A DNA stretch of 53,761 nt, from contig JBIIFB010000003.1 of the NCBI GenBank assembly GCA_044237545.1, forward strand, positions 1-53,761, given 5' to 3'. Below the pieces are notes generated by a model. That model saw only the letters and a program-made list of their open reading frames with translations, was not told the origin of the DNA and made no database searches. Numbering within the stretch: the first letter of the stretch is position 1; each line of letters starts with the position of its first letter. A program made the translations under genes and the position numbers. This DNA is from Pirellulales bacterium (lineage in GTDB: Bacteria > Planctomycetota > Planctomycetia > Pirellulales > UBA1268). Positions 45,401 to 52,918 of this stretch are shown piece after piece.

Positions 45401-48110
45401 GGGGACAACGCTGGCCCGCGTCGCGCTCGCCGACGGTGCCACGACACCCACCGACGCGATCGAGACCTTCATCGCAGAATCGGGGGGCGCGGCCCGCGCC
45501 GCACTGTCGGCCGCATCGCCATGGCTCGTGGTGGGCGCGGCCGGTGGCGTGGCGATGCAACGATCGGGTGGGCCACTCGGCCGCGATTGGCTAGGTGGCG
45601 GCGTGCCGGGCCCCGCCTGGGTGGCGGCGGCGGGGCGACAGCAACAGGCCGCCGCACCGGCGGCCGAGGTGACCCAGCGGTACACCCTGACAACCCGCGA
45701 ACTACCGCCGGTGCAGGGGGTGCGTTCGCTGCGGGGTGAACGGGTCCTCGTGCTCGGCGACGGACACGCCGCGGAGGCGGTTCGTGCCGCAGTGGTCGCC
45801 GAGGGGGCGGTGGTTGTCACCCAAGCGGCCCGCACCAGCGACGAGGCCGTCGCGGCGGTCGATCGCGCCGAGGCGCAGGGGCCGGTGCGACACCTCGTCA
45901 TCGCGTCGGCGCGGCCCGGCATGCCGGCCCGCTGGCTCGACAGGGGTGATGCCGCAGTAGGGGTACCATTCTTCGCCTGCCAACGTTGGATCGGGCTCCG
46001 GTCCGCAGCCGGCGAACTCGACCGTTCGACGCTCACCGCGGTGACCGACCTGGGGGGCGACTTCGGCCTCTCGGGCACCATGGCCGCCGTGGAGGGGGGG
46101 GCGGTCGCGGGGCTGTTCAAGAATCTGGTCCACGAGTTCCCGGGGCTGCACGTCCGCGTCGTCGATGCGGCGGCGGCGCTGCCTGCCGCCACGCTCGCCG
46201 CGGGCGTGCTGGCCGAGATGCGTGACGGCGCAGGACCGGTCGAAGTCGGCCTGGACGGCGGTCGCCGGCTGGGCGTCGTGGCCTGCGCAGCCCCGGCCGA
46301 ACCGACCCGACGGCTCGCGGCCCTCGAGAAGGGGAGCGTCTGGATCGCCACCGGCGGCGCCCGCGGTGTGACCGCGGCCTGCTGCCGGGAGCTGGGGCGG
46401 AGGTATCCGGTGCGGCTCGTGCTGCTCGGCTCGACGCACCCCGTCGGGATCGACCCGGCGTGGCTTGCGCTCAACGAGGCGGGACTCCGCGACCTGAAGG
46501 GTCGAGTCATGCTCGAGGCGAAGCAGCGGGGGGCCGACCCGCGGGCCGCCTGGCGGGCGGTTGAAAAGTCACGTGAGATCGAGGCCTCGCTCGTCGCATT
46601 TCGTGCGGCGGGCGTCGATGCCCGCTACGAAGCCTGCGACCTGGCCGACGCGACGGCGGTGCGGGCGGTCGTGCAGCGTGTGGAACGAGATCTCGGCCCG
46701 GTCCGCGGCATCGTCCACGGGGCCGGTTTCGAGGCCGCCTGCCGGTTCGAAAAGAAAACCCGCGAGGGACTCCTGGCGACGCTCGCGCCCAAGTGCATCG
46801 GTCTCGAGCATCTGCTCGCGGCGCTGGATCCCACAACGCTTGAGGCGGTCGTCGGCTTCGGATCGACGAGCGGCCGGCTCGGCGGCCACGGGCAGGCCGA
46901 CTATTCGCTCGCCAACGACCTGCTCGCCAAGATCGTCGGCAGCCTGCGCCGCAGCCGTCCGGGACTGCGGGCAACCGTCTTCCACTGGCATGCCTGGGAC
47001 GAGGTCGGGATGGCCAGCCGGCCCGAGAGCCGGTTCGTGCTCGAGCAGTTCGGCCTGCGGTTCATGCCACTGGCCGAGGGCGTGCGGCGGTTCATGGACG
47101 AGATCGAGGCTGGACTGCCCGACGCCGAGGTGCTCGTCACAGAACCGGCCCTGTGTCCCGACGCCGTCCCGGCGACCGGTCGGCCCGCTGCCCCGACACC
47201 GCAGCCGGCCGTGAACCCGCCAGCCGCGGCGGTCGTTGCGACGGAGGTCGGCAGCCTCGTCGAGCGGGTCGAGTCGCGGCCCGACGGCACCTGGGTGTCT
47301 TTCCGGCTCGACCCGACATCCGATCGTTTCCTCATCGATCACCTCCAGTACGGCCGGCCGCTTCTCCCGGCCGTGATGGGCGCCGAACTGCTCGTCCAGG
47401 CCGTGCGGGCAGCTTCCGGAGGAATCGAGGTCGGCGAACTCCGCGACTTCGTCGTCGAGCGGCCGATCGCGTTCCCCGTCGATGCTCCCCGCGAAGTCCG
47501 CGTCGAGGTGGGGCCCGTCACGTCGGCGGGCATCGAGACCCGCGGCTGGACCGCGATCGTCGCCGGCGATGGCCGCACCGCAGGCGAGGATCGGGTGCAC
47601 GTACATGGCCGGATCGTGCCCGGCGCACCGGAACGGATCGACGCCGTGCTCGAGCAGCCGCCGTTCCCGTTCAACCCGATGTACTACCAGGAGGATGCCC
47701 CGCTGCGGCATGGGCCATCCTTCCGCACGCTCGACGGCCTGTTTCTTGACCGCAGCGGCGGCTGGGGCCGGCTCGTCTCGCAGCATGGCGACGGCGTCGC
47801 CCTACCGCGGGGTTCGAAGGGCTGGACGATTCCCGTCGGCTTGCTCGACGGCTGCATCGTGGCATGTGCGGTCTACTCCTACATCCTCTGCGGCCGGCGT
47901 GTGGAGATTCCCGTGCAGTTCGAGCGGCTCCGGGTGGCCGCGCAACCGCGCGGGGGCGAGAAGTGCATCGCGCGGCTCTTCTTCCGGTCGCAGGATGTCC
48001 GCGAAACGGTCTATGACGTCGTGCTCCACGGCGATGACGGCCGCGTCATCCTCGCCGTGGACGGCCTGCACCTGGCCGTCGTCGGTGGTGAGCGGGGTCG
48101 CGTCTCATGA
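39498..48110 (+). CDS. Iterative type I PKS/FAS (PUFA/Hgl-like): KS-CLF-AT-ACP-ACP-C45-like-KR-DH
   Basis: GTG start after AAGGA. KS: DAACASS, EAHATST, KANIGH. Second KS: DAGDCSS, lacking the first His. AT: FPGQGSQ, SHSFG, SPFH. Two LGIDSIR ACPs. KR: TGGARGV, GQADYSLAN. DH: HLQYGRPLLP, LLDGC. Confidence 0.95.
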   Translation: MKEPLAIVGIACRLPGADGIDAFWDLVVRGRTAWGPLPEARFSRELYFHPEKSRLGKSYSEMGAVVPDRPVDPTACPITPALLEKYDVAHHIFLEVASQACRDAGLDPFAMPGDRRTGVYVGHTGGSTKIGDIVYATGIDETATFLSEVDAARVLLGDDVEAVAAELTEAVRRRYPGRRPGQSLDLGALGAAKIVQEAMKLDGPFLVVDAACASSLQAMAIAARSLLQGGIDQAIVGGASYCKSDSLVLFSAAQSVSNAGSCPFGQAADGLITAEGYVAIVIKTLSRAVADGDRIRAVIRGLGVASDGKGKSLWAPRQEGQILAVERAYPDLADLSRLEYIEAHATSTQVGDATELGALSALMRKHLPPGRQVPIGSVKANIGHTLETAGIASLVKVVLAMDHGMIPPGSTCDELNQEFDWADGPFTVPRQAVAWPAHADGSPRCAAVNAFGIGGLNVHVALFEHLPTPAAVRPARAVATEADAIAVVGAGCVLPGALSLDAFVDLLGRGETAIGPVPGDRWTAVRVLDTTRPRTWHTASGIGGFVRDFAYDWRRHKVPPKQIAAANPLQFMLLEAADAAIADAGGPQAGLDRRRTGVVVGTLFGGDFANQLQMGLRLPETGLILRAALARRGVSPADVERIVSLYEKKLLEKMPALVDETGSFTSSTLASRLTKTFDLMGGALALDAGDCSSLAAIAAAVDMLRERSCDAVLCAAGERCMDLMAYEGRSLGGFLSDNPISVLDGKTRGGDVPGEGAVVFVLKRLADAQAAGNRIRGVIRGVCVGSGQTRAEATRRVVREAVERSGLVPTAVMAVEVAVAGGHAKSGEELVVLGGHYAQQRGPAEQPPVVGSLDGQIGHAGAAAGAAAVAKLCLALGQGSMPPTVALATGAVEPQGLRAAAASLPIGTFDQSGYRAGSVTVIQERQVGHLVLDNGLPVPAAAQAGNRPQVAARPAGRQADVAERPLIAALFPGQGSQYTDMFRGLVEESAEARDCLARLDTFAREAGCETLAEIAWRPVNGLGTKIWDTQWAMYLGDLFAWDMLRGMGFTPDCIASHSFGEFPSLVAAAAWTMADGVIATRARAEAVEQFGPRDGAMLSIIADRATVQAAVAPFAGHVWICAENAPEQFVVGGTVRMVDAVEAVLEAGRIHSKRLAVPSPFHTPLLEPAAGRLAHEIARLAIQPPRITTYGSTSAERLASTADVRSSLVRQMSETVRWIDTVEHLYAAGVRTFVEVGPSGVLCGLSRRILKGRTDVTFVQFDQRGKSPREHLARLREQLAAAGASASGGRPATVSPRAQTVSRSADAAPVPMTAEAPPGRIIRFDATARRRERNRNAGEQSGATNGSAAVPAVATSTVRATPGGNGSGPMNSTPRADDGDHAIGATSKNGSAPAARSAGEPVAAAGGRLSNNLSATLATTLAGSNGAALLDRAVVPSRHAAEPLPTPGAGTNSLEELVRQLVAEAGVSLPLGRLGEQTPAVSGFLDSISHLFEPAATDRSAVLAAGSLADLCSVLGRAGGKARWLLSQSAAEQPNADGIETFLIDFVVEQTGYPREIVELDADLEADLGIDSIRKAQLFGEIGQRYGLTADASLSLDDFTTLRHLLDYILPRVGGRAHAAGAATPAHAEPARDATAAASAAAPAVASAAAPAVAPAATAGRAAELETFLIDFVVEQTGYPREIVELDADLEADLGIDSIRKAQLFGEIGQRYGLTADASLSLDDFTTLRHLLDYILPRVGASAAPASTAPSSTGVAFEPPISAATAAATDRGRRLGRDHAEAIRLWARQFSAAPPRSVPALTDPVVMAELSAIADAVGIDEAIVRAAYHDPARALGGCAAIVVAPRKADTARGLLACFGRGADPDVRSFEVAGLRATLVGVKGLPGAILGWNDAGLLALADPHAGAAAATVEVIVTTCRSAAEAGRLIATLDPIPVGLMVADLEEGGQAVSASGTLVPEQSVVMRLEPGTTLARVALADGATTPTDAIETFIAESGGAARAALSAASPWLVVGAAGGVAMQRSGGPLGRDWLGGGVPGPAWVAAAGRQQQAAAPAAEVTQRYTLTTRELPPVQGVRSLRGERVLVLGDGHAAEAVRAAVVAEGAVVVTQAARTSDEAVAAVDRAEAQGPVRHLVIASARPGMPARWLDRGDAAVGVPFFACQRWIGLRSAAGELDRSTLTAVTDLGGDFGLSGTMAAVEGGAVAGLFKNLVHEFPGLHVRVVDAAAALPAATLAAGVLAEMRDGAGPVEVGLDGGRRLGVVACAAPAEPTRRLAALEKGSVWIATGGARGVTAACCRELGRRYPVRLVLLGSTHPVGIDPAWLALNEAGLRDLKGRVMLEAKQRGADPRAAWRAVEKSREIEASLVAFRAAGVDARYEACDLADATAVRAVVQRVERDLGPVRGIVHGAGFEAACRFEKKTREGLLATLAPKCIGLEHLLAALDPTTLEAVVGFGSTSGRLGGHGQADYSLANDLLAKIVGSLRRSRPGLRATVFHWHAWDEVGMASRPESRFVLEQFGLRFMPLAEGVRRFMDEIEAGLPDAEVLVTEPALCPDAVPATGRPAAPTPQPAVNPPAAAVVATEVGSLVERVESRPDGTWVSFRLDPTSDRFLIDHLQYGRPLLPAVMGAELLVQAVRAASGGIEVGELRDFVVERPIAFPVDAPREVRVEVGPVTSAGIETRGWTAIVAGDGRTAGEDRVHVHGRIVPGAPERIDAVLEQPPFPFNPMYYQEDAPLRHGPSFRTLDGLFLDRSGGWGRLVSQHGDGVALPRGSKGWTIPVGLLDGCIVACAVYSYILCGRRVEIPVQFERLRVAAQPRGGEKCIARLFFRSQDVRETVYDVVLHGDDGRVILAVDGLHLAVVGGERGRVS
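44113..44716 (+). repeat. Duplicated ACP-coding segment (226 bp x2)
   Basis: 44113-44338 and 44491-44716 differ at about 11 positions by eye, all synonymous. Confidence 0.92.
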
Positions 48111-48814
48111 GCTGCGCCTCGACTCCGATCACCGCAGAAACGCCGACGTCTGATCCCCGGCCGTCGGTTTCAATCGCCCCCGACGTCATCCTTCACATGG
48201 GTGACGCGGAGGTGGCGGTCCGCCTTCGGACGCGCGGGCCGGGAGGCCCGCCGACATCGGCCGAGGCGGCCCGTCTTGCCGAGAGCCTCGTGGCCGACCG
48301 GCTCTCGCTCCACGCGGGTGGCGTGCGTGTCGCGTCGCTCGTGCCCTCGGGCAGGCCGGTCGCCTTCGCATTGGGAGCGCCGGCGGCGGTTTGCGTGTCG
48401 ATTTCTCACGTGCAGGGACTCCTTGGCGTTGCCGTCTCGACCGACGCCTCGATCGGCCTCGACATCGTCGATCCGGCCGAGGCGGGCCGCGGGCTCGACG
48501 TCTGGTTCACACCGGACGAACTCGCCCTCGCGCCCGATGAGGGACGGCTCCGCGCTGTCCTCTGGGCCGCGAAGGAGGCTGCCTATAAGGCCTGCCGCCT
48601 CGACACCGAATTTCGGCCGCATGCCGTCGTCATCGACAGTCTGGCCACGCGGTCCTTCGGCTGGACCGTCCGAGACCGCTTCGGTGACATCCGGGGGGCG
48701 GGGCGGCTGCTGGCGTTCGGCCGGCACGTCGTCGCCCTTGCGTCCGTCGCAGCCTGCGGCCACGCCGTTTCCAACCTGACCAGTCTCGAGACCCAGGAGG
48801 CACTCCTCACATGA
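48107..48814 (+). CDS. 4'-phosphopantetheinyl transferase (Sfp-like)
   Basis: PSGRP, VSISH, IGLDIV, WAAKEAAYKA; ATGA-coupled to both the PKS and the next gene. Confidence 0.88.
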   Translation: MSCASTPITAETPTSDPRPSVSIAPDVILHMGDAEVAVRLRTRGPGGPPTSAEAARLAESLVADRLSLHAGGVRVASLVPSGRPVAFALGAPAAVCVSISHVQGLLGVAVSTDASIGLDIVDPAEAGRGLDVWFTPDELALAPDEGRLRAVLWAAKEAAYKACRLDTEFRPHAVVIDSLATRSFGWTVRDRFGDIRGAGRLLAFGRHVVALASVAACGHAVSNLTSLETQEALLT

Positions 48815-49575
48815 TCGATCTCACCGGCAAGGTGGCGCTCGTCACCGGCTCCAGCCGCGGCATCGGTCGCGCGACCGCCCTGCGGCTGGCCGAGGCTGGC
48901 GCCGACATCGTCGTCAACTACATCACGAGCAGCCGCGAGGCGGAGCAGGTCGCTGAGATCGTGGCGGCGATGGGCCGCAATGTCGCCTGCGTGCGGGCCG
49001 ACGTCGGGCAGGAAGAGGATGTCGAAGACATGATCGCGTTCGTCCGCAGGGAATTCGGCCAGCTCGACGTCCTTGTCCATAACGCCGCCACCGGCGGCTT
49101 CCGCCCGCTGGCCGTCACCACGCAACGGCACTTCGACGCCGCGATGCACACGAATGTCCTCTCGCTGGTCCACCTGCTCAAGGCCGCCGCGCCACTCCTC
49201 GAGGCGGCACCGGGGCGGGGCAAGGTAGTCGTGCTGTCGAGCCACGGCACGCACATGGCGCTGCCGATGTACGGACTGATCGGCGGCTCGAAGGCGGCGC
49301 TCACGGCGCTGGCCAGGCACTGGGCCCTGGAACTTGGCGATCGTGGGGTGAACATCAACGTGGTCGAGGCTGGCCTCGTCGAGACCGACTCGACCCGTCG
49401 GCTGCCGGGCGCCGCCGAGATGTTCGCCGGCCGCAAGCACAAGACGATGACCGGCGACCGGATGCTGGAGGCGGCCGACGTCGCCGACGCCGTGCTCTTC
49501 CTGTCGAGCCCGCTGTCGGATCTCGTGCAGGGGCAGACGCTGGTGGTCGACGGAGGGGCGGCGATCCACGTCTGA
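48811..49575 (+). CDS. SDR oxidoreductase, FabL-like enoyl-ACP reductase
   Basis: TGSSRGIG, NAATGGFRP, Y-x6-K motif YGLIGGSK (enoyl-reductase spacing rather than YxxxK), GQTLVVDGG. Confidence 0.85.
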   Translation: MIDLTGKVALVTGSSRGIGRATALRLAEAGADIVVNYITSSREAEQVAEIVAAMGRNVACVRADVGQEEDVEDMIAFVRREFGQLDVLVHNAATGGFRPLAVTTQRHFDAAMHTNVLSLVHLLKAAAPLLEAAPGRGKVVVLSSHGTHMALPMYGLIGGSKAALTALARHWALELGDRGVNINVVEAGLVETDSTRRLPGAAEMFAGRKHKTMTGDRMLEAADVADAVLFLSSPLSDLVQGQTLVVDGGAAIHV

Positions 49576-49636
49576 CTCTGGCCGCTTCATGTTCGACCCC
49601 TGCGGCGACATCCTCGACGTTCCTACCACGACCATC

Positions 49637-51253
49637 ATGCACAACACCGACTCCTACATCCTGCTGACTGGCGCGACCGGCCTCCTGGGCCGGTCGCTCC
49701 TGCGCGACCTCGCCGCGGCGGGCCGCCGCGTCGCCGTCGTCGTCCGTCCGTCGAAGCTGGCGCGGGCGGCGGGCCGCGTCGACGAACTGCTCGAAGATTG
49801 GCGGCAGGTGGCGGGCGTTGAGGTGCCCTGCCCGGTCGTGCTCGAAGGGGATCTCTCCGTCGCCGGACTTGGCCTTCCGGGCCCGCAGGCGGCCTGGGTC
49901 GCGCGACACGTCCGCGAGGTGGTGCACTCCGCGGCCAGCCTCTCCTTCCAAATGCGACCGTCGGACGGCGAGCCCTACACCAGCAACGTGACCGGCACGC
50001 GGAACGTGCTGGCCCTCTGCCGCGACGCGGGAATCCGCCGGCTTCACCACGTGTCGAGCGCTTATGTGTGTGGCCTGCGGCAGGGGACGGTTCTCGAGAC
50101 CGAACTCGACGTCGGGCAGACGTCGGGCAACGACTACGAGAAGAGCAAGATCATCTCCGAGACCGAGGCGACCGGGGCCGACTTTCTCGACGTCTGCACG
50201 GTGCACCGGCCAAGCATTATCGTCGGCGACCTCGTGCATGGCTTCACCAACACCTTCCACGGCTTCTACAAGCCGTTGCGGATCGTGCAGCCGTTCGTGG
50301 AGGCCTTCGTGGGCGCAAGCCTCGAGCCGGGCTCGCTGCTCGACGTGCTCGGCATGGACGGCCGCGAGTGCAAGAACCTCGTGCCGGTGGACTGGGTCTC
50401 TGCGGTGATGACACGGATCATCGTCGATGAATCACTTCACGGCCGTACCTACCACGTCACATCCGACGCACCGACGAGTGTCGGCCTGCTCTGCCGCGTG
50501 TTCGAGGGGCTTGTCGTGGAGATGGCGGCCGAGGCAGGCCGCCGGCGATCGGCGTCGGCCGCCGGCGGATCCGGTGGCGGAAACCCCGCCGCGGGCTTCG
50601 ATCCCGCCACGCTCGGCCGGCTGTTCCTCGACCAGATGCACGTCTACAAGGCCTACTGGCGGGACGACCCCCGCTTTGACGCCTCGCACACCATCGCAGC
50701 GGTGCCGGGTCTCCCCGCACCGCCGCTCGACGAGGAGACGATCCGGCGGCTCTGCCGGTTTGCGATCGGGAACAACTTCCGCTGGCCTCCTCCCGGGCGG
50801 TGCGGCCCGCGCCCCACGGCACGCGATGGCCTCGAGGCCCGGTTGGGTGCCGCGTCCTGGACGGCTCCGCGGTCGCCGCACCGGCTCGGGCTGGTCGTCA
50901 CGGGCGCCGGCGGCGGCCAGTGGACGGTTGCGGTGGAAGGGGGTCGGCCCATGTCGCTGCATCACGGCCTCCCGTCCGCGGGTGACGCGACGCTCTGGAT
51001 GGCGGCGGACGAACTCGCCGGCATCATCGCCGGCGGACCCTCGCTCTCAGAGGTCCGCGACCGGGGCGGTGTCACCGTCGAAGGTGGCCCGCAGGATCGA
51101 AGGATGGCGGTCGAAACGCTCGACTCGATTCTGAGAGTGGCCGCCCACGACTCAGCGTGGGCATCCCCCGGCCAAGACGCCGATCAGGCCCGCTCGATGA
51201 CGCCCCCCGCAACCAGGGTCTTTCCGGAGAATCCGGCGAACGTCGGGGCGTAA
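49637..51253 (+). CDS. Thioester reductase (NAD_binding_4, fatty acyl reductase-like) with C-terminal SCP2-like domain
   Basis: LLTGATGLLG, HSAAS, HVSSAYVCG, YEKSK, RPSIIVGD, NLVPVDWV; C-terminal VTGAGGGQWTV...DATLWM resembles SCP2. Start could be 49589. Confidence 0.85.
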   Translation: MHNTDSYILLTGATGLLGRSLLRDLAAAGRRVAVVVRPSKLARAAGRVDELLEDWRQVAGVEVPCPVVLEGDLSVAGLGLPGPQAAWVARHVREVVHSAASLSFQMRPSDGEPYTSNVTGTRNVLALCRDAGIRRLHHVSSAYVCGLRQGTVLETELDVGQTSGNDYEKSKIISETEATGADFLDVCTVHRPSIIVGDLVHGFTNTFHGFYKPLRIVQPFVEAFVGASLEPGSLLDVLGMDGRECKNLVPVDWVSAVMTRIIVDESLHGRTYHVTSDAPTSVGLLCRVFEGLVVEMAAEAGRRRSASAAGGSGGGNPAAGFDPATLGRLFLDQMHVYKAYWRDDPRFDASHTIAAVPGLPAPPLDEETIRRLCRFAIGNNFRWPPPGRCGPRPTARDGLEARLGAASWTAPRSPHRLGLVVTGAGGGQWTVAVEGGRPMSLHHGLPSAGDATLWMAADELAGIIAGGPSLSEVRDRGGVTVEGGPQDRRMAVETLDSILRVAAHDSAWASPGQDADQARSMTPPATRVFPENPANVGA

Positions 51254-52686
51254 CGGAGCGACCGAAAGGTCAGGTTCACGAAGACATCGGGCACCCCGTT
51301 GAGGCCGGTGATGTTCACCTTCGCCGGCTTCGCCGACCGGGCGAGTGGGCCCTGCGGAGTGACCGGATTGACGTACTGCCAGACGATCCTTCTGGCACTC
51401 GTCACCTCGAAGAGGCGGCCTGTCGTCCCCTCGGTGATGAGGGTGTTGCCGTTGGCAAGCCGCTGGGCTCCCGAGACGATCGGTGCGAAGAAACTCCTGG
51501 GGGAGGGGGCGAAGTAGTTCCAGACGAGTTGGGCTTTTCCATAGCCCGCAGGGCGGATCTCCATCACCGACGAGAACGACTGGCCGTTCGCGCGGAACCA
51601 GCCGTTGTTGAAGACGAGGATGTTTCCGGCGCCTGGCCTACCGCTGTCGATCCAGTGGGCATTGTGCTGAAAATAGAGGGCCTGATTCGCACGGGTTCCG
51701 GCGTTCCAACTCGCGGGGTTGCCGTAGCGCCAGATGAGGTCACCCCCCTTGCCGAGGCGGCCACCTGTATGGCCGGCGGCCTGTTCGGTCGTCGTGCTGT
51801 GGTCGATCACCCAGACCTCGGAGAACTCCCGGGACGAGACGATGATCTGATCGAGCGCCGCGTTGTAGGCGATCGAGTTGAAGTGTGCCCAGTCGGCGAT
51901 GTGCGTGTCGGCGCCCGGCATGGTGCGGGGCACGTAGTTCAGGTGCACCAGCTGTGGATTCGCACTCACGATCCCGTAGTTCGGCTTGTCGGGATAGCGT
52001 TGCTGCACGAGGTGGTCCTTGAGGTGCCATTCCCAGACGATCTCGCCCCCCTTGCCGTTGGTTCTGTCGGGCTTGATCTCGAAGATCGCCTCCGACCACA
52101 CCTCTCTGTTGGTGGCGGGATTGAGGAGGACCGGGTTGCGTCCCATCGCGATGGACTCGTCGGCGGTATGCCTTTCCCAGGCGATCGCCAGGACGTTGCC
52201 GTTGGGCATGGGGATGGCGTCGTGGTGGAGCTGGAACGTGTCAGTGGCCATCTGAAACGACCAGACCCGGCTGCCATCCCAGGCAAACTCCTCGATGAGC
52301 CCGGTCGCACCGTTGTGGCCGAATTCCCGCTGGTTCGCCGGCAGGATCGTATTGCGGAGAAGGTTGCCGTTCTCCAGCAGGTAGGACGACGTCTGGCCGC
52401 CGGTGCTGGTCCACGAGTTGACTTCTTTCCCTGCGGTGTCGATCAGGTAGGTCTTCGGGCTGAAGCTGTTGCCGAACAGCGTATACCCGGCCGCGGTCAG
52501 GGTCGGGTTGTTGGCCGTGAGGCCGACCGTCAGAGCGAAACGCTGTTCCAACTGCTCGGGAGCGACGATCTGTCGGGTCATCTGTCGGGCCATTTGTCGG
52601 GCCATTTGTCGGGCCAGAGGCCGACGATCCTGACGGGCAGAGCGACTCCGTGACGGTCGGCGATGCAGCAATTGATTCACGATCAT
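51184..52686 (-). CDS. Aryl-sulfate sulfotransferase (ASST family) with planctomycete extracellular signal
   Basis: GAGGTG RBS; Arg-rich N-terminus plus EQLEQRFALT; LHHD, HFNSI, QHNAH, SGAQRLANGNTLITEG, FRSLRY. Confidence 0.87.
   Translation of the reverse strand: MIVNQLLHRRPSRSRSARQDRRPLARQMARQMARQMTRQIVAPEQLEQRFALTVGLTANNPTLTAAGYTLFGNSFSPKTYLIDTAGKEVNSWTSTGGQTSSYLLENGNLLRNTILPANQREFGHNGATGLIEEFAWDGSRVWSFQMATDTFQLHHDAIPMPNGNVLAIAWERHTADESIAMGRNPVLLNPATNREVWSEAIFEIKPDRTNGKGGEIVWEWHLKDHLVQQRYPDKPNYGIVSANPQLVHLNYVPRTMPGADTHIADWAHFNSIAYNAALDQIIVSSREFSEVWVIDHSTTTEQAAGHTGGRLGKGGDLIWRYGNPASWNAGTRANQALYFQHNAHWIDSGRPGAGNILVFNNGWFRANGQSFSSVMEIRPAGYGKAQLVWNYFAPSPRSFFAPIVSGAQRLANGNTLITEGTTGRLFEVTSARRIVWQYVNPVTPQGPLARSAKPAKVNITGLNGVPDVFVNLTFRSLRYAPTFAGFSGKTLVAGGVIERA
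52568..52615. repeat. 12-bp in-frame tandem repeat x4 (ARQM) in the ASST leader
   Basis: AT(C/T)TGTCGGG(T/C)C four times. Confidence 0.88.
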
Positions 52687-52918
52687 GGGACGCACCTCGT
52701 TTCGAGTTCGGATTCAAACCTCCTTGTTTTTGGGAGGCTATTCCTGGGTTCAGCCGCTGTCAAGCAATGCCACGGTGCGGCTCCGGCCCGATCGTGTCGG
52801 CTCCGGAGATGTGATGTCGCACGGGCTCTTATCGGCCGGTTGCCCCTCGCGTGCGTCGCTCTCGTCATCATGAATAGAGAAGGATGAATAGAGAAGGCCA
52901 CCCCCGGGAGGTAATCGG

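Noticed and set aside
39498-48110. Canonical pfaA-E PUFA synthase making EPA/DHA
   Set aside because: No FabA-type DH pair, no PfaB or PfaD, only two clear ACPs, and a reductive release enzyme is present.
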